A DNA stretch of 64,000 nucleotides, taken from Octopus sinensis (lineage: Eukaryota). The stretch lies in assembly GCF_006345805.1 (NCBI RefSeq), contig NC_043011.1:5332001-5396000 (forward strand), written 5' to 3'. The position numbers and the translations under genes were made by a program. Below are positions 12,799-24,087 of this stretch, piece by piece (the first letter of the stretch is position 1; each line of letters opens with the position of its first letter). Under the pieces are notes generated by a model. The model had not been told where the DNA came from and ran no database searches. It saw only the letters and a list, made by a program, of their open reading frames with translations.

Positions 12799-13032
12799 AG
12801 GTGGCGAGCTGGCAGAAACGTTAGCACGCCGGGCGAAATGCGTAGCCGTATTTCGTCTGTCGTTACGTTCTGAGTTCAAATTCCACCGAGGTCGACTTTG
12901 CCTTTCATCCTTTTGGGGTCGATAAATATAGTACCAGTTTCCAACTGAGGTCGATGTAATCGACTTAATCCCTTTGTCTGTCCTTGTTTGTTCCCTCTAT
13001 GTTTAGCCCCTTGTGGGTAGTAAAGAAATATA
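12799..13032 (+). mobile_element. SINE family B
   Basis: Full copy flanked by TTATTATAAGTAT repeats. Confidence 0.85.
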
Positions 13033-13556
13033 TTATTATAAGTATGTTCATTGGTTAAAATAGCTAGAATAGGAAAGCCGCTGACTATTCTCTGCGTGGT
13101 TTTGCATTAGTAAAAGTTTGGGCAACATTCACGTTCTTAAACTGAAATTCGACCGAGATCAAATTTGCATTCAGCGCTTCGCTTGTCCAAAGCATTTCCA
13201 TAAGTTTGTCTTGAGCATCCATGCTTGTTTTCAGACTCTTAGTTCGCCATTGCTTCATACATTCTGAGTAACATAAAGCTTCCCTTTCAAACGACCCAAG
13301 TTACTCTAGCGGTTGAAAAAAAAATTGTATCATATATAATGCATGGACACCTGGGAATTAGAACCTGTATATCACATGTGATACGATAAAACAAAGATAA
13401 AATAATCAGTCAAATACGGGACAGATCTGTATTCCTATATTGCACTCCTGATGTAAACGGAACGATAATAAAAGGCTAAAATTACATCGTAATATTAGTC
13501 TTGACTCTAAGGCAGCGTGCGGGCAAAACCGTTAGCACACCGGGCAAAATGCTTAG

Positions 13557-13560
<4 letters not shown>

Positions 13561-13654
<94 letters not shown>

Positions 13655-13655
13655 G

Positions 13656-13742
<87 letters not shown>

Positions 13743-13895
13743 GAGGCGCAATGGCCCAGTGGTTAGGGCAGCGGACTCGCGGTCGCAGGATCGCGGTTTC
13801 GATTCCCAGACCGGGCGTTGTGAGTGTTTATTGAGCGAAAACACCTAAAAGCTCCACGGCGCTCCAGCAGGGGGCGATGATCCCTGGTGTACTCT
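13561..13895 (+). mobile_element. (TA)n(TG)n tract followed by 5' half of SINE family C; SINE B head at 13508-13560
   Basis: Direct reading and match to other copies. Confidence 0.75.
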
Positions 13896-14145
13896 TTCCT
13901 CAAGTGGCCTGAACTCTTTACATGAACACCACCCTGTACTTAACTCCATGTCCCCCTACATGGGCCTTGCTATTTGTTTTTGAGCCAAATTAACTAACTA
14001 ACTAACTAACTAACCACTCTTTCTTCTGTTGGCCTGCTCGCTTAGCCAGCGGGGTGGCGTCATTCGAAGGCTAAAAAACAATGCGAACGCATTGTGACCA
14101 GCGATGTGTAACAACATCTGATAGTCTGGTCGGTCACGTGATCTT

Positions 14146-14183
<38 letters not shown>

Positions 14184-14289
14184 CATGTATGTATGTATGT
14201 ACTTTTCTGTCTCTTTTAAAAGTTTAGAGTAAATTTTGACCGACCACCTACTTGGTAGCAACGTTATGAAGGAAAGTATGTTGTTTTAA

Positions 14290-14562
14290 CCAACATCATT
14301 TACATCTTAAGAAAGTCTTGTAGATATTTATAGTCCCAGATATCGTCATCATTTGTAGCTTTTGAATTAAGGATTTGCATTCTCTCCCTCAAGATCCAAA
14401 ATTCAGCCATACTTTGCTTCAAACGGATTCGTATATACCCTGTTGCTTCAATGATAAAATTAGGTACGAAGATGAAAGTGTATCTTGGATAGCGGATTTG
14501 CAAACTCCTTATTAATGGTCCATAGATGTCCTCTTTCTCTTCTATTTTTCGAATCACATTGG
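14290..14562 (-). pseudogene. 3' end of an RLE-type (R4/Dong/HERO-like) non-LTR retrotransposon
   Basis: ORF 14300-14629 C-terminal part KIEEKEDIYGPLIRSLQIRYPRYTFIFVP..IIEATG resembles the RLE C-terminus (K..KY..L ... P.IIGA.G). Confidence 0.6.
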
Positions 14563-16000
14563 TGCCTGAAGGAGAATTCGCCGTAGGACAACTGGCCGTA
14601 GCACTATTTGCCGTAAGACAATTTACCATTCGAATATTTCACTCCAAAAACATTTTGTAGTAAAGCAAAAGAATAGGATAAAAAATAAAAATAAAAGCAA
14701 TGAAGGTCATACACTTTATCTAAAATTTAAGCGAAAAAACTAAAAGGCTAAAAATCATGTAAGTTCATTGAACTTGCGCGCAAATAATGTTGTTTTCGAT
14801 TTTGATCGGTACCTCTGACAATGCTTAGTATGCGCTTATAAACATCTTTGTATTTTTTCTTGGTTGAAGTTTCTCTTGCTGTATCGGTTGCTTTCTTTTT
14901 AGAAAGAGATTCTTCATTTCTCAAGACATTGATAAGTTTCCATCAGTTTGGATGAGTATCTGTAACAGATGCTTGCAGCGCATTATGGAAACCTTCTACT
15001 CCATTGCTGGTGTTTGTCAGCCGATTTAGAGTTCTTTCATACATATTCCAAAGACCGATTGGAAAAGTACGAGGAACTCTACGTCTATGAGCTCCCCTGC
15101 GTCTCTCCCCACCAATGTAATGCATTTCAAAATATGTCACAAGTTCTTGCGGCAAGTCATCATCATCCACAAGCTCTATAAATGCATCGATGATGTCTGG
15201 AGAGGGGAAGAATCCAAGTGCCATAAGACACTTTACGCTTGTGTTAAAACTACCATCAGTTTAATATCTCACCTAGTCCAATACCAATCACCTTTCTGTA
15301 AACATTTTTACAGAAATGAAAAAAAAACAAAAAAAAAACAGCCTGTTACATTTGCAGACGGAAAATTGTCAGAAAAACTTAGAAAACAATCTTGTTCAAA
15401 GTCAATCATTAGATTTTCAGGTCTTGGGGACTCAAGCAAATCTTTGACCTTTAAAAATAAAATATTATATGTGTCAAGAGTCTTATTCGGAAGGAGACCG
15501 TATTTTCGTGTGATGCATGCATGCCCTATGTTGACATGCAAATTATATAACTGATAATAAATTTCAGAACAAATCTTAAATGTTCCATCGCATGCTCAAT
15601 CCTTATGTATTTCTAGATCGTGCAACCCTGCAATCGCACCAAAAATCAACATTCTGTTTTAGTCTTCCACCCCGCTATCGTAGAGTAAAAATCTTTCTCT
15701 GTTCTGTAGAATTCTTCGGGAATTACACAGCCGATTCTTCATCTAGTTACAGGTGGGAACTTTTCTTCCTCTTGTTTCCATCTTTTAATGTTTATTGATA
15801 ATCTTGAAGTTGATGGCATAAGAGAGCGTCCTTCCTCCCCATGTGCGACACCAATCAAAGATCTTGAAGCTAAATGGTATTTAAGTGCATTTTCATTCAT
15901 ATTTGCCATTGCTTCTTGCATTTTTGATTGACTAGAATTCGATGGATGTGTTCGCTCACTTACAATTTTACAAATAGAAATCGCTTCACTGTTCAGTTTT
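14563..16000 (-). pseudogene. Mutator-like (MULE) DNA transposon remnant
   Basis: ORFs 15308-15541 (LLPNKT..TY..LF, MIDFEQ, GCFF) and 14943-15224 (MALGF.P, YFE..YIG, TSNGVEGFHNAL); terminal GCCGTA repeats at 14578-14615. Confidence 0.85.
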
Positions 16001-16625
16001 GTATGAACTTTTAATTTACAGTTTATATCAACACACTTCTAATAGACCTTGCCTCCATATTTTATTTCTTGCCTATAAATAAAGTTAGCATCATCTATGA
16101 GCTTATCACAACCTCTGCTGCTTTTAATAGTGTACAGCATCGTAAGGGTTCAAGTTTCAACTTTAAAGAAAAATTATGTAAATAATATAAACGGTCAAGG
16201 TAACCACTAAAAAACTTTTTGCTTTTGAATTTTCAAGATAAGCTTGTTATCTTTAAATAAAGGTTAAACGACCTTTCTGTTTTAAAATTATCATTTTAGC
16301 AATTACAGAAAATGACTGCTGTAAATACTATTCCTTTACCTACCTTATTTAATTAACGATGCAATTTCGAGTTTATCTGTTTATGGCCTGACACACACAA
16401 CAATATTATTTACAATTGACGGATATTTGTTCTTATCTTGTTAACACAACGTTTCGTCTGATATACTCTCCAGGAGAAATTTCGAACCAGGGTATTTTTC
16501 GATGTTATTATTATTATTGTTGAGGTCACTGCTTGAGATTGAACTCGGAATCTTGGGGTTAGTAGCCCGCGATCTTAACCATTACGCCATATGCTCGTGG
16601 GCAATTATGGAGTGAATTTTAGGGC

Positions 16626-16970
16626 TTATAAATCTAATATTCTCCTATCCTTCCTTAATACTGGTTCCCATATGCTGTTCATATCTGCACTCGGTCTGCT
16701 TAAGAGGTTGTTGTGTCCTAGCATATGTGCTGCTTCTTTTAGTTTTCGTATTTTCCAGTGGTGTTCTCTGTCTATTATTTTAACTTCATCCCACAGGGGG
16801 AGCTGGTCTCCATTTTTCCATATATGATCGGCTATCCCCGATTTACCAATATCTCCTCGTGTCACAGCTTTGCGATGTTCGTCTACCCTTATTTTGAGGA
16901 GGCGGCATGTTTCACCTTTGTATAACCTACCACAGCTGCATGGGATGGAGTACACGCAGTATTTGGTCAT
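16626..16970 (-). pseudogene. GIY-YIG endonuclease domain of a Penelope-like element
   Basis: CVYSIPCSCGRLYKGET.R.LKIRVDEH, SGIADH, RKLKEA; upstream LPYVKGLS in ORF 17076-17276. Confidence 0.9.
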
Positions 16971-17979
16971 ATTCTCTTCTATTGGTGGTTTTACTCGAAG
17001 GAAATATTTGCGAAGTGTTGTATTACTCTTGAATACTGTCCTGATGTCATATAGGCCGCATATCCTTTGTATCTTTTAGGAGAGACCTTTCACATAGGGT
17101 AGACAGACTGTGGACAGTTTATTGGCCTCATCCTCTCTCTCTTCTTCATAATTGGATTGGACAGTATACTTTTGGGGTAGTTGTTGCTTTTTGAGCTTGA
17201 TCATTTCTTCGTGGTGTGTATCACGATCACTACTTAAATAATGTAAATAATGTAAATAATGTACATCATTCCTCATCTCTTAAATATGGAACTGTAACAC
17301 ACAACAATATTTGGTCGGGTATTTTAGCTTCGTGGCTGTCTTAACTTTTAGGTTCTACTAATATTTTTATCGTCTGTAGGTGTCTTCTCTTTTCTTATTC
17401 TGTTCCAGATCGTTGTAGCCACTGCATCATGCCTCATGGACAGAAAAAATATATGGAAGACATTCTCCCAGATTTTGCAACAATGTGGTGGATGTGTTCA
17501 GGCTGTCTAGGTTCTCTGCCTTTTATGCTGTAGGTACTTGGTGGGGGTCTGATTTTTGGCTTTGCGTGGAGGTAACCTTCAAAAGGATGTCATAAACTTC
17601 TCGGTATTCAATGCGATGCTTTTGACATGAACAGTCCCTTCTATGATTCGTATTCTTCGTGCCAAGTATCCATGTACTGTCTTCTCAGTGAAATGCTCAA
17701 TTTTTTACCAGTTGTTCTGATAAACAGATTTCGACTAATGCTTTTTGGGGAGAGATCTCGATAAGCTCTTATTCCATATATCTCCTCAATTTAATTGGCA
17801 ATCATAAGTATGTTATTGATTACATGGTCGCAAACTTGGGCAAAGTAGTTATTGGTCTCTTCCTCTGGCTGCAGATGTTTCAGAGTAATAATACGTGCTT
17901 GAGTTCTATATTTAAGCGATGAGGAATTATTTACATTATTTACATTCGACAGATATTTGTCCTCATCTTGTTTGTTGTT

Positions 17980-18025
17980 AACACAACGTTTCGGCTGATA
18001 TACCCTCCAGCCTTCTTCAGGTGTC
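17980..18025 (-). ncRNA. Minimal type I hammerhead ribozyme
   Basis: Minus strand gacac-CTGAAGA-a-ggctg(gagggtatat)cagcc-GAAA-CGTT-gtgtt; palindromic stem III AACGTT; predicted GUU cleavage triplet. Confidence 0.8.
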
Positions 18026-18073
18026 TTGGGGGAAATTTCGAACCTGGGTTCTCATTCCTAAGGTATTTTTCGA

Positions 18074-18134
<61 letters not shown>

Positions 18135-18656
18135 GAGTGAGAGAGCAGTGCATGCCATCAAAGTGACACTAGGGTAAAATATACGAAGCCCAGTATACCC
18201 ATCATGACTACCTGTCTGATAAGGGTACACTAGACACATGCATTACAACCATATGTGCGCGACATGGTGATTTCATATTAAGCTAAACAGCACATGATCT
18301 TGCATGTGGGGCCCAGTTAGAATTTTCTTCAGGTCGAGTAGCCCATCCTGCTCAAAAGATCCCTGAATAAGGATCGTTTAAGGATGTTGAACGAAACACC
18401 CATGTTTCCAAAGGTGAACTATTCAAACCCCAAAGAATCCCTCTCAACACATGGCTATGATGCTCCCTCGCTACTTCTGCTCGTGATCAGAGATGCACAT
18501 ATCGTCAGCCACTAAGGGACATGCTCAACTGGTTAAGGTCAAACAACTGACAAGCAAATCTGTGGTATTGAACAGAATATTTGATGTAGCCCATCTTTTA
18601 TACCAAGACAAAACAATGTACATGATAACACTTCCAATCAGTTAAGATCAGGAGCC
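18135..18656. mobile_element. Non-coding ~550-bp element flanked by (ATT)n, copy 1
   Basis: Matches 53435-53986 and 62887-63167; no convincing ORF, no tRNA head. Confidence 0.85.
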
Positions 18657-18721
<65 letters not shown>

Positions 18722-18954
18722 TATGTTTGACTTTTGCTTTATGTCTGTACAAGTTGGCTCCAAGTCTCACCCAGAGACCTCAAGAGACAACAGGTTGGAA
18801 GTTCTGTGCCATATATTTGGGTTTTTTTTTTTTTTTGGTGTTGTACTAGTGAATGTCTAATACATAAAAATAAAAAAAAAATAAAAGAATAAAATAAAAT
18901 AAAATAAAATAAATAAATAAATAAATAAATAAAAGTTTGTTTTAAACCTTGAGA

Positions 18955-20070
18955 TTACATAGAAAGTATTTTGCGTAGGATATGAGCAGTTCCCATGAGC
19001 ACTATCTTTTGAATTTCTGCCATTTTGGGGTTTCCTGGTATCTGAGTTAGGTAGCAATTAGTCCCTTTCGCTATCATTCCCAGGGCACCTATGATAACAG
19101 GTATTGTTTTAGTCTTCAGCTTCCACATTTTGCTGATTTCTATTTCAAGATCTTTATATTTGCTCAGTTTTTGGTAGGTCTTGACAGATACGTTTATATC
19201 GATTGGGACAGTCATATCAATGAGGAGGCATGTTCTTTGTCTGAAGTCTTTCAATATGATGTCTGGCATATTTGCATCTATCTTCCTGTCAGTTTGAATG
19301 GTGAAGTTCCAGAGGAGTGAGATGTGGTCATTTTCAAGCACTGGAGGTGGATTGTGTTCCCACCAGTTTTTTTCATGGGGAAAATCCAGGTTTTTGCAAA
19401 TTACCCAGTGAATATATTGTGCAACTCTATCATGCCTGTTGAGGTACTCTGTAGGCGCTAGAAGACTGCATTTGGAGACAACATGATCAATGGTTTCATT
19501 TTGTTGTCGGCATACACGACATGTTGGGCTACTGCCGTTCTTTAATATGTTGGCCTGGTAGTTTCTTGTTGGTAGGCATTGATCTTGAGCTGCTATGATA
19601 AACCCCTCTGTTTCAGATTTTAAGCCAGAGGCCATTAGCCATTGATGGGTCAGGGCTTTGTCAATATCTGCATTATTCGCTCTCTTTGGGTATTTGCCAT
19701 AGAGAGGTTTTTCTTGCCATTTATTATTCAGAATATCTAAGGCCGCAGTTTTAGCACGGGTTTTCATGCGCTTAGCTTTTTCTGTGCTTGTTTCTTGTAT
19801 GTCTATCTCTAATTCCGAAATTGGTTGTATTCGGAATTCACTTAGATATTCCTTTGCCTGTTTTGTGACTGAGTATGATGCTTTCTTGTTTTCATGTTTT
19901 GGGACAAGTTTTAACATCCAGTCCTCAGAGTTGTTCAGGTAGGTGTCTAGGCCAAATGTAGCAATCTTCATTGTTATTGCCAGTTGTAAAAGACCACGGC
20001 CTCCCTCTTTTCTTGGCAGATAGAGTCGTTCTGTATCTGCCTTAGGGTGGTGCATTCTATGCATTGTCAA
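18955..20070 (-). CDS. C-terminal 371 aa of R4/Dong ORF: CCHC zinc knuckle plus restriction-like endonuclease
   Basis: RLYLPRKEGGRGL, CRVC..ETIDHVVSKC, RHD, PDIIL.D, IDMTVP, K.SKYKDL, PVIIGALG. Confidence 0.85.
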   Translation of the reverse strand: MTMHRMHHPKADTERLYLPRKEGGRGLLQLAITMKIATFGLDTYLNNSEDWMLKLVPKHENKKASYSVTKQAKEYLSEFRIQPISELEIDIQETSTEKAKRMKTRAKTAALDILNNKWQEKPLYGKYPKRANNADIDKALTHQWLMASGLKSETEGFIIAAQDQCLPTRNYQANILKNGSSPTCRVCRQQNETIDHVVSKCSLLAPTEYLNRHDRVAQYIHWVICKNLDFPHEKNWWEHNPPPVLENDHISLLWNFTIQTDRKIDANMPDIILKDFRQRTCLLIDMTVPIDINVSVKTYQKLSKYKDLEIEISKMWKLKTKTIPVIIGALGMIAKGTNCYLTQIPGNPKMAEIQKIVLMGTAHILRKILSM

Positions 20071-20155
20071 CAGTTTCCTTATTTTTCTGTCGAGCTGACA
20101 TATTTCAGTAATTGACAGTTAACAATATTGAAACTGTAAGTCACGACTGGTATGG

Positions 20156-20640
20156 CTAATGCATTGATCGCTTCGATCCTGTTCTTGCATTCAGCTCTGT
20201 CTTGAGTATTGCTCTCACTCTTCGATAGCATTCTCTCCTGATCCTTTCCTTCATTTCTGAATGCCTTATTCCGTTCCCTTCAATTACCCCTAGGTACTTG
20301 TAGCTCTCCGCTGGGTCTAGTTCTTTTATGACATTCTGCTGGTCAAGGTTAACGTTAGACGTTTCTGTCATTTTTCCTTTGATAAAGGTAGCTTTTGCAC
20401 ATTTATCGAGGCCGAATTGCATTCTGATGTCGTCACTGAATTGTTTGACTATCGCTAGTAAGCCCTTGAGTTGTTGGTCATTTTTTGCAAAAAGCTTTAA
20501 ATCATCCATGTAAATGAGATGATTTATATTTTTATCAAACATTTTATACCCATACTGCGCATCATTGAGCAGCTTTGAGAGAGGTATTAAGGATAAACAA
20601 AAGAGGAGTGGTGACAGTGAATCACCCTGGAAAATGCCAC
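20156..20640 (-). pseudogene. R4/Dong RT core, frameshifted relative to 18955-20070
   Basis: GIFQGDSLSP, HLIYMDDLKLF, FGLDKC, YKYLG. Confidence 0.9.
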
Positions 20641-20695
20641 ACGAAATTTTTACATCACCAGCATTTTTACATCACCAGCATTTTACATCACCAGC

Positions 20696-20740
<45 letters not shown>

Positions 20741-20745
20741 CATCA

Positions 20746-20800
20746 TTGTTAGTGTTCAGGTCACTGATTGGAATCGAACTCGGAATCTTGGGGTTAGTAA
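20746..20800 (-). mobile_element. Displaced remainder of the Penelope pseudo-LTR
   Basis: AGGTCACTG.TTG.AT.GAACTCGGAATCTTGGGGTTAGTA matches 16521-16564, which follows the ATT tract in the other pLTR. Confidence 0.8.
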
Positions 20801-20829
20801 ATAATATAAATAATGTAAATGCGTAAATT

Positions 20830-21480
20830 TGAGACCACTGCTAACTTACTAGTGTGAGAAGTATAGCCTGTCGTGTCTGGTCCTCTCCTAATTAATGTAT
20901 CCATCATATCTGACATTCTCATCTTGTCCAAGATACCTATAATTGTAGCCTGACTATAGATGTAGTAATTTCGAGCCGTTCATTTTTAGGTTTTCAAGAA
21001 AATAAAACATTTTAAGGTTTCATTGTCAAAAATGTACACTTGAACTCACCAATTTTCTTCTAATATCAGTAGAAAATTTGGTAATGAGGACCAAGTGCTT
21101 CTTTTTTTTTATATGGTTGATATTCGGCCCATACAGTTACGAGTCGTCGACAACGAAAATATGTGAGATACTCCTGGATCCATTTCTATGGCTAATATGT
21201 TTTGTGAGAAGGCATGATGGTGAATTTAATGAGAGGACGAAGATCAACATCGACAGACTATCACGCTGAAAGATGTCTTTTTGATAGAGAATGCTATCCG
21301 ACTCACTTTCCTCCTTATCACTCATGGGGAGCAAAGTGATGTACGAAGTTTTGGTCAGACGTTCGATAGCGCTCACTAGTGGTTGTGGGATTTGATAATT
21401 CAACGATGTGGGATACTATCGAAAGCCTTCTGGTAGTTCAGCCACACTAGGGTTGAGTATGCATGCATGCATGATTGTCA
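20830..21480 (-). pseudogene. Old RLE-type non-LTR retrotransposon RT fragment
   Basis: DIFQRDSLSMLIFVLSLN, SHIFVVDD (ORF 21137-21403); YRYLGQDENV near 20900. Confidence 0.7.
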
Positions 21481-21795
21481 AGTCAATCCTAGTGTTAGTG
21501 ACAACATGTAGCACAAAACAACCTATCGCATGTTGATGCTGACCGAGTAAATTGGCAATCCTACCAAGCCTGCTTGGTAAGGAGGAGGGTTTTCGGTGAA
21601 TACCTGCAGACGGAGATCAAGAGCCTTGAAAGGAATTTTGAAAGAGCAACGCCCTCATTGCGAGGACATTGACCTTGCTCTTGCTTGTTTCTGGACCACT
21701 TACCTTTGCAGGTGAGAGCCTTAGTGGTGTTGTAACGTCTAGGAGAAAATAATTTGTTAGTGATGGTCATAGTCGTCTACGAGTCGAAAGCTGCC

Positions 21796-22548
21796 ATGCA
21801 TGCATGCTTGCATGTATGTATGTATGTGTGTATGTATGTATGTATGTATGTATGTATGTATGTATGTATGTACGTACGTATGTATGTATGTATGTGTGTG
21901 TGTGTATGTATGTATGTTTGTGTGTGTATGTATGTATGTATGTATGTATGCATGTGTGTGTATGTATGTGTGTGTATGTATGTATGTATGTAAGTATGTA
22001 TATATGCATGCATGCTGTATGTATGTATGTATGCATTTATGTATGTATGCATGCATGTATGTATGTATGTATGCATGCATGCATGCATGTATGTATTATG
22101 TATGTATGTATGCATGCATGCATGTATGTATGTATGCATGCATGCATGTATGTATGTATGGATGCATGCATGTATGTATGTATGCATGCATGCATGTATG
22201 TATGTATGCATGCATGCATGCATGCATGTATGTATGTATGCATGCATGCATGCATGTATGTATGTATGCATGCATGCATGCATGCATGTATGGATGGATG
22301 CATGCATGTATGTATGTATGCATGTATGTATGCATGTATGTATGTATGCATGTATGTATGCATGCATGCATGTATGTATGTATGTATATATGTATGCATG
22401 CATGTATGTATGTATGTATGTATGCATGCATGCATGCATGCGTGTATGTATGTATGTATGTATGTATGCATACGCACGCGCGCGTGTGTCTATGCGCGTC
22501 TGTGGTGTGTGTGTGTGTGTGTGTGTATGTATGTGTGTGTGTGTGTGT
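21796..22548. repeat. (ATGT)n/(ATGC)n/(GT)n compound microsatellite
   Basis: Direct reading; source of the MYVC/HTYI ORFs. Confidence 0.95.
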
Positions 22549-22619
22549 AGGTGAAGGTATTTTAACGAACTACTGTTGCTATACTGGCTCCGAACAATAT
22601 TGCTGTTCATAGCATTAAT

Positions 22620-23525
22620 AATATGCTATTGAATAAACTTCGAGGAGAAGTGTTCAGTTATACCTCAATTGACATGGTTGTTGATGATCACAATTTTAAC
22701 TACCCCATAGAATTTTGGAACTCACTAGAACCACCACGTACAAGCATCTCGTTGTCTTCAGCTGAGAAAAAGGACTCCTATTATGTTATTAGGTAATTTA
22801 TCTCATCCAAAATGATGCAGTGGTAGAAGATTAATCGTGCACAAACTCATGAGGAACTGCATTGAGGCAAATATTCTCACTGGTTGTGGTAACGGTAAGA
22901 CCGTCTTCATTCCTCACATACCAGTTATACCATCTAATGTCCAGTTCCAATTTAAGCTGTTACAGTTTCCTATCCCGCTTCATTTTGCCATGAGCATTAA
23001 TAAGAGTCAGTGCCAAACACTAAAAGTTGATGGATTGCAACTTGGAGAACCATGCATTTCACATGGCCAACATCATGTGGGAATATCATGTGTGAGAAGA
23101 AAAGCAAAATCTTTTTGTATATGCACTCCGAAATAATGCAAAAAAAAAAACATTGTTTATAAAGAAATATTCACACTGAATGCAGGATGAATACTTCAAT
23201 AACTTAATTTACCATTACTATCGTTACATTCAAGAATAGGCGAACAACCTATTTAAATGAACGGTTTTATATAATAGTCATTACTGAATTGATAATTAAG
23301 ATAAAACATAAAACTCATTATTATCATATAAGAAACAAACACAAGGTCACATTTGAAACTGATCTCTTTTTCTATTTCAATTATTACACATTTTTCTCTT
23401 ATAAAATACACACATACATGAGGAGTACATTATATATATATATATATATATATATAATACTTTACATGTGGCTCCCGAGAAACAGTAAAAGTAATTATCG
23501 AATAAACGACGGGTTTTACTGCTAG
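22620..23525 (+). mobile_element. Helitron 3' end (PIF1-like helicase C-terminal remnant)
   Basis: ORF 22837-23136 IEANILTG..GKTVFIP.IP.IP..V.FQFK..QFP...FAMSINKSQ.QTL; ends ACGGGTTTTACTGCTAG followed by T. Confidence 0.85.
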
Positions 23526-23527
23526 TA

Positions 23528-23558
<31 letters not shown>

Positions 23559-23560
23559 TG

Positions 23561-23757
23561 TACTTGTTTCAGTCATTTGACTGCGGCCATGCTGGAGCAC
23601 CGCCTTTATAGTGGTGAAAGAGTACAGCAGGGATCACCACCATCCCCTGCCGGAGCTTCGTGGAGCTTTTAGGTGTTTTCGCTCAATAAACACACACAAC
23701 GCCCGGTCTGGGAATCGAAACCGCGATCCTCCGACCGCAAGTCCGCTGCCCTAACCA
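23561..23757 (-). mobile_element. SINE A 3' tail joined to SINE C 5' half
   Basis: Reverse complements of both consensus segments. Confidence 0.7.
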
Positions 23758-24004
23758 CATATATATATATATCTACGAGAGATTTAGAAATTTAGTATTT
23801 CTGATATATATATATATATATATATATATGATGATGAATGAATTATCCTTTGTTTACTGTTAACATGGAAAATTCAATAAACAGTTACCAGGGTAGCAAA
23901 ATTCACGCAAGTAACAAGGATGTAACTCCGGGTTAATGTGCAGTAATTTGTGTAGTATAAGTAAATAAATGGAGTTGAACGCAGATGCTATTCAAATTCT
24001 TTTA

Positions 24005-24087
24005 CTTTCGACATATGTTTCGAAGACAACATTGGTTTTATCCCAAATGAATAAACGGTGTAAGATGCAATCTTCTCATCAGGAAAG
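24005..24087 (-). ncRNA. Canonical type I hammerhead ribozyme in a (TA)n-flanked, PLE pLTR-like segment
   Basis: Minus strand ctttc-CTGATGA-gaaga(long loop)tcttc-GAAA-CATATG-TC-gaaag; perfect 5-bp stems I and II, palindromic stem III ACATATGT, GUC triplet. Confidence 0.85.

Larger units (their letters stand above)
16405..18104 (-). mobile_element. Penelope-like element with two pseudo-LTRs and RT deleted
   Basis: pLTR copies ~16405-16600 and ~17918-18104 share TTAACACAACGTTTCG.CTGATATAC.CTCCAG...GGTATTTTTCGATGTTATT; GIY-YIG coding between them. Confidence 0.85.
18721..20697 (-). mobile_element. 5'-truncated R4/Dong-clade non-LTR retrotransposon inserted in (TAA)n
   Basis: RT and RLE coding, 3' UTR ending GCAAAAGTCAAACATAG then (AAT)n; (ATT)n tracts on both flanks. 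Confidence 0.9.

Noticed and set aside
21757-22612. Long ORFs (up to 277 aa) of MYVC/HTYI repeats; likewise 36901-37584, 13482-13848, 25506-25725, 53792-54467, 60963-61525
   Set aside because: Translations of microsatellites lacking stops in some frames; no evidence of coding function
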